DNA from: an uncultured delta proteobacterium
Lineage (GTDB): Bacteria; Desulfobacterota; Binatia; UBA9968
Length of the DNA: 64,000 nucleotides
Assembly (NCBI GenBank): GCA_963760795.1
Contig: CAVXEP010000032.1
Coordinates: 160,001 to 224,000 of the forward strand
Direction of reading: 5' to 3'
In this document: positions 39,311-48,824 of the stretch, piece after piece
Position numbering within the stretch: position 1 is the stretch's first letter
Layout: each line of letters begins with the position of its first letter
Notes under the pieces: generated by a model
What the model saw: the letters and a program-made list of their open reading frames with translations, nothing else
Databases searched by the model: none
Told to the model about the DNA's origin: nothing
Program-made: the position numbers and the translations under genes

Positions 39311-39874
39311 TTACCGCGCCGGCACCGGGATGATCGTGCCTTTCTCCAGGTTGAATCGGCTGCGGTTGATCTTATCCAGATCGTAGCTGAGAAAGCGGAA
39401 AACCACGCCCGGTCCTTGGGCCGCATGGGTCGAGTGGATGTCGCCAGTGACATAGGGGACGACTACTCCGGCGGTAAGCGTATCGAGGCGTTCTTTTTCG
39501 AGAGCGCATTTGCTCGGCTGCGAGCCGTCGTCAGTGCGTTTGTATTTGGTGATCTCAGTGACGCCGCTGAAGGCGCCATAAACCACCCAGCAAGGGCCAT
39601 GGTCATGGGGCGCGTTGCCGTGGCCTTGTTTGTGCACATGGCCCATTTGAATGAAACCATGGTCGGGATCGCGATGCAGCTCGCGGGAGGGTTTGCCGTC
39701 GCGAATGATCTCGGCCATCCAGGGGTCGTCGGGGCTGGTCGAGGCGAAGAGTTTTTCCATCAGTCCAGCCACTTTGTAGGGCAGCTGCGGGTCCTTGCCA
39801 TCGCCCCAGACGGCGCGCACCTCGGCGATATACCGGTCAAAAGTGTTTTCCGCTTTGCGTTCCTGTACAGCCAT
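39311..39874 (-). CDS. Cysteine/thiol dioxygenase-like cupin
   Basis: PHDHGPCWVVYG and DIHS 3-His motif; AGGAGG RBS. Confidence 0.7.
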   Translation of the reverse strand: MAVQERKAENTFDRYIAEVRAVWGDGKDPQLPYKVAGLMEKLFASTSPDDPWMAEIIRDGKPSRELHRDPDHGFIQMGHVHKQGHGNAPHDHGPCWVVYGAFSGVTEITKYKRTDDGSQPSKCALEKERLDTLTAGVVVPYVTGDIHSTHAAQGPGVVFRFLSYDLDKINRSRFNLEKGTIIPVPAR

Positions 39875-40191
39875 AGAACCTCCTAAATATGAAACTCTAG
39901 ATAACACTTTTCACGCCGTCGCGTCTAGCGCGGCGTAGTCGATTGACAGTCAAGCCAAGCTTTCGCCAAGCAGTATCATGCGGAAGCTAACGAGGCGAAT
40001 TGCAAAGGTTCTATGGCTGTTGTGTGCGCTTCGGCGCTGTTGGCTGTTGGTGGTTTGGGCACAGCGACGGGCACAGTTTGGGCACATGGGCGCGCCCCCC
40101 GTACCCCATGGGCGCGGAGGGGACCCGCCTTCAGCCATTGCAATCATAAAAGGCCCCAATTCCCGCTTGTGAAAAACTATAAAAGCGATTT

Positions 40192-40533
40192 ATGGCCAAA
40201 CGCACTGAAACAAACGTCGCCGTTCTCGTTCAAGTCATGGCCGACTTAGGCTTCGATCAAGAAACCATCGGCAAGGTGACCGGCGTACCGCTACGGACGA
40301 TCAACGACATTGCCAATCGGCGCGGCTACTGGCGCTATACAGCCGAGTTTAACGAGCTGCGAGAGTCGTACAGGCTTCACCTTAGAAAATTCATCCTAGA
40401 CGACGCCATGGCGCTTAGCCTTATGGTTCAGAAGCGGTTCGAGGAGTTGATAGTCGGGGCGGACACAATGACTGCGGCGACCATTTACAGTGTCCTTATG
40501 CGGGCAACTTCAAGGATGGACGAAATGAGGTAA
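40192..40533 (+). CDS. HTH DNA-binding protein, possibly small-terminase-like
   Basis: N-terminal HTH (QETIGKVTGVPLRTINDIA) and helical C-terminus (AATIYSVL). Confidence 0.55.
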   Translation: MAKRTETNVAVLVQVMADLGFDQETIGKVTGVPLRTINDIANRRGYWRYTAEFNELRESYRLHLRKFILDDAMALSLMVQKRFEELIVGADTMTAATIYSVLMRATSRMDEMR

Positions 40534-40541
40534 GCATAATC

Positions 40542-40718
40542 ATGGAAACTGAAAAGTATCTCAGCACCAGCCAGCTAATGGACTTCCTGGAAATATCGCG
40601 CAGCACGGTCTATAGGCTCATGGCCAAGGGTATGCCGAATATCATGGTTGGAAGTGTGCATCGGTTCCCTAGAGGTCGGGTGGTAATTTGGCTGGAGAAT
40701 CAGCGGGCAACAAATTGA
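40542..40718 (+). CDS. AlpA/excisionase family HTH protein (58 aa)
   Basis: Hand translation METEKYLSTSQLMDFLEISRSTVYRLMAKGMPNIMVGSVHRFPRGRVVIWLENQRATN; below the ORF-track size cut-off. Confidence 0.85.
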   Translation: METEKYLSTSQLMDFLEISRSTVYRLMAKGMPNIMVGSVHRFPRGRVVIWLENQRATN

Positions 40719-40879
40719 ATGACATAGAAAACCGCGATGACGGATTTGCTGGATGGAGAATTGAGTTCAATTAGAACATTAACGACCAGCGCTTGAGCCG
40801 CGGGAAACTGTTCCTCAGAAAAGCGAAAAGTATCGCGCTCTTCTGACCGGGACAGCGGTTAATGCCGTGCGCGTCTGCC

Positions 40880-41038
40880 TCAGAATTTTTTAGTTGCTTT
40901 GCCTATCAGAAAGATTCCCGCAAGCAGACCGATCGTAGCGAAGAGAGCTAATCCAGGAAATTCGCGAATGTGGTAGATACCAAAAACGCCCACGATGATG
41001 AGGAGCACGCCGCCGATAATCTGAGTCGTCGAGTTCAT
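40880..41038 (-). CDS. 52-aa two-TM membrane microprotein
   Basis: GGAGG RBS; MNSTTQIIGGVLLIIVGVFGIYHIREFPGLALFATIGLLAGIFLIGKATKKF. Confidence 0.65.
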   Translation of the reverse strand: MNSTTQIIGGVLLIIVGVFGIYHIREFPGLALFATIGLLAGIFLIGKATKKF

Positions 41039-41085
41039 GTCCTAGACCTCCCTGGTTTATTAGCGCCTTTGCCGAACGCTTGAGC

Positions 41086-41126
41086 AAAAAAAGGCCGACC
41101 GGAAAGCTGAGTTTCCTGGTCGGCCC
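41086..41126 (-). terminator. Intrinsic terminator
   Basis: Minus strand GGCCGACCAGGAAACTCAGCTTTCCGGTCGGCC followed by a U7 tract. Confidence 0.8.
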
Positions 41127-41186
41127 ATTGTCCGACTGGTTAGGTTTGTTTCAAACCAACCCTTCGGAAAATCGTCAGACTGCGCA

Positions 41187-41215
41187 CTTATAGAAATGGC
41201 TCGGTCGGTTGTCAA
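41187..41215 (-). promoter_or_regulatory. Sigma-70 promoter
   Basis: Minus strand TTGACA-17 nt-TATAAG. Confidence 0.7.
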
Positions 41216-41594
41216 GAGGTCTAGTTGTGCCCTAGGGTTTTCTCGACGTTGTTTTTCAGGGCAAAGACAACACCCGTTCGGCGCAAAATAAGCGCGCCGA
41301 GCGCGCGCATTTCGCGGGCTAAAAACGGGTAAATAACTGAGTCACGTTAGTAGCGTCACTTTCCCGACAAGACCTCTTGATTGAGCTAGTTTTTTGGCTT
41401 AACTGGAAGAGAGAAGCTGAGGTCTTGTTCAGTGGTCAAGCCGTGCCCTATAACTGCTAACGGCGCTGAGTGCCGTGTTGAAACCACCGAAGAACCAAAT
41501 CGCGGGCCGCTTCGCGTCTCTCACCCAGCGCCGTCATCTGAAGCGCTAGGTGGAGTCGGTTTTTAGGATGTTCTAGTGGCGCCCTGCCTATTCT

Positions 41595-42079
41595 AGCTCT
41601 ACCTCGTTGGAGACATTCACCAGCCACTTCACTCGGTGCAACTATTCACGACCGACTACCCCAACGGTGATCGGGGCGGTAACTTGATTTGTATACGACC
41701 GAGCGAGAAGAGCCGGGCCATCGACCTTCATCGTTTATGGGATGGCCTGCTAACATCGAGCAATAAATTTACACAGGTCAGGAATACGGCGCCGCTGCTT
41801 AGGTATCGTCCAGAGTTTTCCAAGAGCCAACTCGGTGAACTGTCGAGCACTGACTATGAGTCTTGGGCGAAAGAGAGCTTCAATATCGCGGCGAAGATCG
41901 CTTACCAGAACGGCGCTATACCGGGCACATCAAAAGGTGAGGCGAAGGAGTGCAGCACCGTCTCAAACGTGAAGGTTTTGCATTCGGGTTACGCACGAAC
42001 GGCTGGTCATATCGCGGATCGCCGGATCATGCTGGCGGGCTTCCGGCTTGCTGATTTGTTGAAGCGCGATTTTCACTAA
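41595..42079 (+). pseudogene. S1/P1 nuclease C-terminal fragment
   Basis: LVGDIHQPLH, GDRGGN, LHRLWD, WAKES, AGFRLADLL; N-terminal half missing. Confidence 0.85.
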
Positions 42080-42320
42080 ACACTCCGACGATTGACATGC
42101 GCGCCGGTTCGGCGATAAAACTCCCGTCAGAAAAAAAGGTGGTTTAAATTTCCTATACTCTCGTTGCGCAGCCGGAAGGCATAAAGAAAATCGATTGCTT
42201 GGGATTCGTGCGCTTTCTCATGGACGACGATTACAAGTAGATCCGCTTTTAGATTAACGAATAGCTCGCCCCCGAGACCAGGAGAGGCAGTATGTCAAAC
42301 AACCCTAGCAGGAGGTCTAC

Positions 42321-43118
42321 GTGAAAGCCGCATCATCAACGGAGCAGGCTACTAACCAGATTGGCTGGCGTTTGACTGGCATAGGGTTGGTGATCATTTG
42401 GTTGTTGCTGTGGGAATGGAGCGTGCGTTTTGGTCTGACGCAAAGTTTTTTTTCTCCTCCGACTACTATCCTGGCGCTCCTTTATCAATCGCTGTTCGTC
42501 AGTGGCGATCTAAGGCCGCATCTGTGGGCTACAGTAATGCGGCTGGTCGGCGGATTTATCATCGGAGCCGTGCCGGCGCTATGGCTTGGCTTCGTTATGG
42601 GCAGAAATAGACGGGCTTGGCTCCGCTATGGGCCATTTTTCGCGGCGCTGGGGCTCGTCCCGATGCTTTTTGCGTTACCCTGGTTCATCATCATGTTTGG
42701 AGTGCGAGAGCCCGGCAAATGGGCCATCGTCAGCGCCGCTGTCTTCTACCCTGTTCTGTACTGCACAACCACAGGTGTTCGGATTTCTCAGGCTTTCCAG
42801 CATGACGGCAGTTCTCTTGGTGTTTGGGTGAAGCCGAGCGACTGGCGCTATAAGGCCGTTCCGTGGATTTTCACGGGACTTAAGCTAGGCAGTATTGTCG
42901 GCATCGCGACCCTTTTTGGCGCGGAGATGTACGCCTCGACAACTGGACTCGGGTTCGAGGTCGTTGTGGCTGCAGCGACATTTCAAATGGCACGCGTTTA
43001 CACCGCCATTTTCGCTGCTGCCTTAGTAGTGTACGCAATCTGGCTGAGTCTCAGCGCAATAGAATTCGCTTTGAGTCGGAGGATTTCGGTTGGTCTGGAC
43101 AAACCATCAACCGTTTGA
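42321..43118 (+). CDS. NitT/TauT-type ABC transporter permease (orphan, divergent)
   Basis: LLWEW..FSPP, HLWATVMRL..GF, PWIFTGLKL, AEMYASTTGLG; AGGAGG RBS; EAA loop degenerate. Confidence 0.75.
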   Translation: MKAASSTEQATNQIGWRLTGIGLVIIWLLLWEWSVRFGLTQSFFSPPTTILALLYQSLFVSGDLRPHLWATVMRLVGGFIIGAVPALWLGFVMGRNRRAWLRYGPFFAALGLVPMLFALPWFIIMFGVREPGKWAIVSAAVFYPVLYCTTTGVRISQAFQHDGSSLGVWVKPSDWRYKAVPWIFTGLKLGSIVGIATLFGAEMYASTTGLGFEVVVAAATFQMARVYTAIFAAALVVYAIWLSLSAIEFALSRRISVGLDKPSTV

Positions 43119-44433
43119 TTGAGAAGCGCTGGGCCCCTTCCAAAGCTGGCCGAGAGCGCTGCGTTTCAACAGATACGTGTAAATGCTCGTCGTGCTCACG
43201 TCCTTATGCGCCGTAAGTCAATACGAATGCCTGGCGCTAATTACTCGCATCCCCCCTTTTTCCCTCAGGCGCGCTCAGACGAGAATGAGATTGAGCACGG
43301 TGATACCCAACAAGGCAGGCGTACCCAGTACCACATGGAGAAACGGATTTGATGTGTGCAGTGTGACAAAGGTGGAACGATAAGCTGTCAAAAACGATAC
43401 GAGTTGATTTGTCACAATCCACCAGAAAAGTGTCATGCCAATCAGTCGTTGCCAATGCCAGATAAGCCAACCGTTGAGCGGAACAAGCAAAATAACAACG
43501 ACAGTCAAGACCCCAGCCAAGGATATCGATACATGATATGGGGGCGAGTGGCTATTGTTTGGGTCGGATCAGCTATATATCCCGTAATTTCATGACATCC
43601 ACGAAAACACAATGAAGCCACGCTTGCGGTAATGACAAATCGTAAAATTTCACTCATCCGGGATCATCTATCGCATGCACAGTCTCTTAAGCAGGCATCG
43701 CTAAAACTCAGTGGGAGTCCATGTGGACGGACGGGCGCGTGGATGTCTGGCGTAGCGGAGCGATGTCTCTCGAAGTGAAAGCGTCAAAGAACAGCGTCGA
43801 AGAGAAACGAAGAGAGGCGTCGCGAAGCGCAGGAGTCATCCGCGCATGGGCGGGTAGGAGATCTATAAATAGCTGTGGCGCTAAAGTGGAGCGGAGCGAG
43901 GTCCGCGAGTGGAGAGTAGCGCAAGTGCGACGGCTCACCGCCGTTGATCGGGATTCTCGGCGCGAGCGTTCCGAGGGCGCGCAGTGTCGTTCGGAATACG
44001 CCATAGACTCTGAAGAGCGGGCCTCCGAGCGATGCGCCCTGGATTCGGCCCGCGGCGCCCGCACGGTTCATAGCGGTGGGGGGTGTTGGTGCCGGTTGTG
44101 GCGTGGCGGTCACGAGCGAGCGCTCGGCGCGGCCTTAGCGAGCGGTCCTATGGGGTGGGAGAACTAGCGACGCGGGTTGTTGGGTGTCCGGTAAGGGTGG
44201 CGATGGCAAAGAGCCCTCGTCTCGCCCTTGAGCGTCTCCAGTGTAATCACTCCGCAACCTAATTCGCCCGAAGGGCAAGGGGAAAGAGTGGGAGGCTAGA
44301 GGTCTGGAGAGCGCCGGGCGAGAAGGGGGCGGCGGCGTGACGGGCTCAACGGCGGGGCGGGTGTTGGGTTGGGTGGTTGGGCATGGTGCTTAATTTTAAT
44401 TTTGGCAAGCTAGTCGGTTGTTATAAAATTTAA

Positions 44434-45135
44434 TTACGGTATTGCGCGAACAATGGTGCCCTTTTCATCCCAGAGTCTCAGAGTAGGACCGAAAGAGAAT
44501 AGCCCAAGCCCTATTCTTGAGTTTCCCTTGGTATCCTTCATCAGCAATACCGGGCCGGTTTTTGACTCACCAAGTGCCAACTGGGGATTTTCATTTCTAT
44601 CGAGCAATGTAAGCGCCACTAACCCATCGTCCCCAATAAACATACTCGCACGCTTTCTCTCTGCTGTGTCGGAAAGTAGGATGCCGGCGGAGGCGGACTT
44701 GCTATCAACGACCAAACCAACCCGCCTTTTTTCATGCTCATCGAAAAGCGCTAGTTCCGGGCGGTCATCGTCTTTTACAAACAAGATAAATCGACGCCGT
44801 CCATCTTTGCCGCGAAGGTCTAACGATGGGGAACCGTCAGGCTCAACACCGAGTGTCATCCGCGTCTTTCCATCTCTATCGTTGATTCCCATTATCAGTG
44901 CTCCAGTTGAACCAATGCCCCACGACGCCCGAGGCATCCCGTTTGCGTCTCGTACTGTAAATCGCTCAGCGTCTATGACCTTCGGAATATTTGTTAGTGC
45001 TGATTGCCCCATTATAGTTAGTGCAACGATCAAGAGCATCGTGCCGCCCCACAGTTTCTTGAGTGTCAGGTTCTGGCGTTCAACGCGGTCAAGTCTTCGC
45101 ACGAGGTATTGCAAATCGGCTGGTTCGCGATCCAT
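44434..45135 (-). CDS. Hypothetical membrane-anchored protein with repeated D-x-x-G-x-x-R beta motifs
   Basis: RLDRVERQN coiled coil, one TM helix, several ~23-aa repeats; GAGGG RBS. Confidence 0.7.
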   Translation of the reverse strand: MDREPADLQYLVRRLDRVERQNLTLKKLWGGTMLLIVALTIMGQSALTNIPKVIDAERFTVRDANGMPRASWGIGSTGALIMGINDRDGKTRMTLGVEPDGSPSLDLRGKDGRRRFILFVKDDDRPELALFDEHEKRRVGLVVDSKSASAGILLSDTAERKRASMFIGDDGLVALTLLDRNENPQLALGESKTGPVLLMKDTKGNSRIGLGLFSFGPTLRLWDEKGTIVRAIP

Positions 45136-45364
45136 AGCTATTGCCCTCTTTTAGCGTTAATTTTTGCCGGCCAAGACTGCCGGCATCCTGTCACCACGAG
45201 ACAACTAGCGTCAAGAGATTTACTATTGGCTTCATTATTCAATTCCGTTACCGTGACGAGGCTTATTTTGGGGCCTAGCCTGATCAGCGAAAAGCCGGAG
45301 GTCTGCTGCCCGGCCTGGCACCGTCTCTCAGAAATAGCATAAGCAACCGTTAGGAGGCGATAGG

Positions 45365-46579
45365 ATGGGATTTCAAGAACTACTAGACCCGCACGGTAAC
45401 AAGCGAAAACGATTCGATAAGCTCATAGACCTTGTCGCTAAGGTTCCGCGACCAAAGACGGATTATCGGTTTCTAAGTCACGTTGATTTTCTTGGGCTCG
45501 ACTTTCTTCGCCGACTTCCTGAGATTCAAACGTCTTATATGCTCTTGCTCAGGAGTTTTGCAGCGATTTATTCCATGAAGTTTGTCAGGAAGGATTCGAC
45601 GGTAAGGTTCTTGCCAGAGCCAATAGCAACGAAAGGCGAACTTTCACTTGAAGAGATAGGGAATTGGAGTCGTCGTGTTGGAACGAAAGAACTGTATGAA
45701 ATTTTTTGCAGTTATCCCCATCGAGGACTGATTTCGTTATTCGCAGACCTGAAACTCGAAGAACCTTTTTTTCACGAGGAATTTGCGGTTAGGGTCACAA
45801 ATAAGCCGTTCACCGCGGAGATGATTTTGTCGGACTGGGGCGGTTTGGATCGTGTGAAAGAGGTCGAAAAGCTCTTGCGGGTAAACAATAACAAAAGCTT
45901 TCGACCCGAGAAGCAGTCAGACGATGACATTAAGCAGTCAGCTTGGGTGAAAGCTCTTAGCCTTTGGCATCAACCAGGGGTTGAATTGTGGCGATTGGGA
46001 AACGTCAATGACGAAGTGTTAACGCCGTTGCCCGAGTTCCCCGGCGCACCTTACATCAAAATGTTACCTTCCGAGAAAGAATTTTGGGAAGGCCCGATGG
46101 CTAGGGCTTGGCGCGACGGCAAGTTGGCCTTTTTGCGCGAGAGCGTTCCAATGCTAGCCGGTGAAAAAGAAAACATACCGGAAAAGGTTCGACAGGATCA
46201 GCGCAATGAATGGAAAAAGCTAGCGAGGCACGAAAAAATTTTAAAAGGTCAAGATGTCTTCCCCGTGGATGGTCCCGAAGCATGGCGAGCGAATTGGGAT
46301 TATTCAGATTCCGCAATAAACCATAGGCAAGCCGACATCCGTGACACTATCCACCCCGATCCTAAAGATAAAACTAACCAACGGCCTGACGTATCGAGCC
46401 AGCTCTTTAAGCTTTTACAATTCGCAAAAAAAAGATGGGGTAGTAACGCTGCAAAGGCATTTAAGGCAATGGCAGAGGGCGCGACCGAGAAAGACGCCGC
46501 GCTACGCTACAACATCCCATATCAGTCTATGCGTCGATACGTGTCTAAGCTAAAGAAAGAATTTTCGCAAAAATCCTAG
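45365..46579 (+). CDS. Hypothetical protein with C-terminal HTH (sigma region 4-like)
   Basis: AGGAGG RBS; EGATEKDAALRYNIPYQSMRRYVSKLKK. Confidence 0.65.
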   Translation: MGFQELLDPHGNKRKRFDKLIDLVAKVPRPKTDYRFLSHVDFLGLDFLRRLPEIQTSYMLLLRSFAAIYSMKFVRKDSTVRFLPEPIATKGELSLEEIGNWSRRVGTKELYEIFCSYPHRGLISLFADLKLEEPFFHEEFAVRVTNKPFTAEMILSDWGGLDRVKEVEKLLRVNNNKSFRPEKQSDDDIKQSAWVKALSLWHQPGVELWRLGNVNDEVLTPLPEFPGAPYIKMLPSEKEFWEGPMARAWRDGKLAFLRESVPMLAGEKENIPEKVRQDQRNEWKKLARHEKILKGQDVFPVDGPEAWRANWDYSDSAINHRQADIRDTIHPDPKDKTNQRPDVSSQLFKLLQFAKKRWGSNAAKAFKAMAEGATEKDAALRYNIPYQSMRRYVSKLKKEFSQKS

Positions 46580-46633
46580 TCCCCCTGCTACAAATTCCAC
46601 CCTCGTCCCCCCTTGTCTATATAAGGGGGCACA

Positions 46634-46831
46634 ATGATTATTGTTCACATCAACCCGGCTGGCATCGAAAAAGTCTACTTTCATGCGGATTCCGATCTTG
46701 TCGAGGATTTATGTCTCGCCGTTTGGCCGCTGGTCCGTAGCGATCTCGACCGACTTCACAGAAAACTTAGAAAAACTGCCAAGCAAACTTTGGAGCGAGT
46801 CGAAGCCGGTGAGTCGAGGGCTAAGCCGTGA
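46634..46831 (+). CDS. Small hypothetical protein
   Basis: AAGGGGG RBS; its stop overlaps the next start (GTGA). Confidence 0.6.
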   Translation: MIIVHINPAGIEKVYFHADSDLVEDLCLAVWPLVRSDLDRLHRKLRKTAKQTLERVEAGESRAKP

Positions 46832-47529
46832 GCATCAAGATCATGTCCCGCGTCTGGGCTCACTCACAGCAAAAGGGCGGTGAGCTTCTGGTCATGCTCG
46901 CGCTGGCTGACTTTGCCAACGACACTGGAGAATGCTGGCCGTCGATTCCGGTGCTGGCTCAAAAGTCTAGGCTATCAGAACGGCAGACCAGGCGCGTTCT
47001 AAATACACTCCAAGCAGGCGGTGAACTGCGGCCACGACGGAGCAATGGAGGACGGAATCGGCGTAACCATTACTACGTAACGGTCACTGAAAACACTGAT
47101 AAAATAACCCTGACAGAATTACCCTGTAAAAATAACACTGTCACCGGTGACCGAGAAACCCTGACGCCCATGTCAGGGGCATTAAACCATCATAGAACCA
47201 TCAGTAAGAGGGCGAAGAGTTCTTCGCTCTCTAGAGACCGTGATCCAAGGGTAAAAGAGTTTCTGGCGGCGTGGGCGATCGCCTACCGCGAGCGTGCCGG
47301 GCAGCCGTACCATGTCGCCGGTGGCAAGGACGGAGCGCTGGTTAAAGGACTGCTTAATACCTTTGAGTTACCGCGTCTCACGGACCTATTGACGACCTTC
47401 TTCAATACGGCGGACCCGTGGATCCAACAAAAGAGCGGTTATACCATCGGTGTCTTTGCCAGCCAGATCAACAAACTTAACTCGATCGGGCAAGATCACA
47501 GCCCGACGCGTCGGGAGATGCCAGCATGA
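46828..47529 (+). CDS. Phage-type replication initiator (HTH_36/replisome organiser-like)
   Basis: MSIKIMSRVW..LLVMLALADFAND.GECWPSI..LA.KSRLSERQ; coupled (ATGA) to dnaB; internal iterons. Confidence 0.8.
   Translation: MSIKIMSRVWAHSQQKGGELLVMLALADFANDTGECWPSIPVLAQKSRLSERQTRRVLNTLQAGGELRPRRSNGGRNRRNHYYVTVTENTDKITLTELPCKNNTVTGDRETLTPMSGALNHHRTISKRAKSSSLSRDRDPRVKEFLAAWAIAYRERAGQPYHVAGGKDGALVKGLLNTFELPRLTDLLTTFFNTADPWIQQKSGYTIGVFASQINKLNSIGQDHSPTRREMPA
47092..47178 (+). repeat. Iteron-like 14-bp tandem repeats (putative origin) inside the initiator gene
   Basis: AACACTGATAAAAT/AACCCTGACAGAAT/TACCCTGTAAAAAT/AACACTGTCACCGG plus CCCTGAC-N6-GTCAGGG. Confidence 0.7.
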
Positions 47530-48824
47530 ACACGTCAGGCGTAATGCCACAGAATCGCGAAGCCGAGGCCGCGGTAATCGGCGCCATCATCACGACGGGA
47601 GCCGAGTTAGTCCCCGACATCGCCGCGATTCTATCGCCGAGTGATTTTTATTATCCGTCAAATCAGCACACCTTCGCGGCAATCCTGAATTTGCAGGACC
47701 AGGGCCAGCCTATCGATTTGATCACCGTTAGCGAAAGTCTGCGCGGGCAGGATATTTTCGCCGCGGATCTTGCTGGCATGGCCGACAGCGCCTTACCGTT
47801 CAATGCCGTTACTCATGCGCAAATCGTCAAAGAGGCATCGCAAAGCCGCCAGCTGTTAACTGCTTTGCGGAAGGCCGAAGCTGCGATCTACGAGGGCGAT
47901 ACTGACTCGGCGACCATCGCCGGTGGTTTGGGTTCGTGTTTGATCGAGCTGCAAAGCGGGCGGGTCGAAGGGTTCACTCATGTCGAAGGCGTCATGATCG
48001 AAGTGCTAAAGGAAATCGAATCCGCCCACGCTGGTAAAAACCCGGTGGTCGGTGTGCCGACCGGGTTGTCGAGCATCGATAGCAAGTTTGGCGGGATAGG
48101 CCGAGGAGACTTGATTCTTATTGCCGGCCGGCTGGGCATGGGCAAAACAGCACTCGCTGAAACTATCGGAACCGGCGCAGCGTCGCGGGGCTACGGTGTG
48201 GCGTTCGTGACGGCGGAAACGCCGAAACCGAAGATTGTTCAGCGCATGCTGTCGGCAGCAACCGGCATTGAAAATAGGAACCTTCGCCGCGGTATCATTG
48301 AAGATCGGGAGTTCGGACGGATAGTTGAGAAAGCCGGACGGATTGGAGCGTTGCCGTTTTGGCTGCTCGATCGGGATCGTAATTGGGATCGGATCAAGGC
48401 CAAGATTCGTTCACTGAAACTCCAAGAGCGAAGTTTGCAATTGGTGATTGTAGATTATGTCGGGCTGCTCTCTGCACCGGTGCCGGGTAAAGAACGATAT
48501 TTAGAAGTCGGTAGAATTTCCGCCGAAGCCAAGACTCTGGCGATCGAACTCAACGTCGGGTTTGTCCTCTGTGCACAACTCAATCGCGAGGTCGAGAATC
48601 GCACCGACAAGCGGCCAAAATTAAGCGACCTGCGGGAGTCGGGAAATCTTGAGCAGGACGCTGACAGCGTTTGGCTACTGTTTCGAGAAGGTTACTATCA
48701 CGACGCGGCCAAAGCGGAAGGTTTCGCCGAGTTGGACATTGCTAAGTTCCGTGATGGTGCGACCGGCATCATCAGACTTCGCTTCGATGAAAAAACGGTT
48801 TCGTTTCACGATATTGAGTCATAA
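47526..48824 (+). CDS. dnaB: DnaB-like replicative helicase (mobile-element copy)
   Basis: PQNREAEAAVIG, AGRLGMGKT, VIVDY, QLNREVE.R..KRP.LSDLRESG.LEQDAD, AKFRDG. Confidence 0.9.
   Translation: MNTSGVMPQNREAEAAVIGAIITTGAELVPDIAAILSPSDFYYPSNQHTFAAILNLQDQGQPIDLITVSESLRGQDIFAADLAGMADSALPFNAVTHAQIVKEASQSRQLLTALRKAEAAIYEGDTDSATIAGGLGSCLIELQSGRVEGFTHVEGVMIEVLKEIESAHAGKNPVVGVPTGLSSIDSKFGGIGRGDLILIAGRLGMGKTALAETIGTGAASRGYGVAFVTAETPKPKIVQRMLSAATGIENRNLRRGIIEDREFGRIVEKAGRIGALPFWLLDRDRNWDRIKAKIRSLKLQERSLQLVIVDYVGLLSAPVPGKERYLEVGRISAEAKTLAIELNVGFVLCAQLNREVENRTDKRPKLSDLRESGNLEQDADSVWLLFREGYYHDAAKAEGFAELDIAKFRDGATGIIRLRFDEKTVSFHDIES

Noticed and set aside
43708-44167. ORFs of 109-148 aa in the G-rich tract
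   Set aside because: Low-complexity Arg/Ser/Ala translations on both strands with no family features; treated as non-coding
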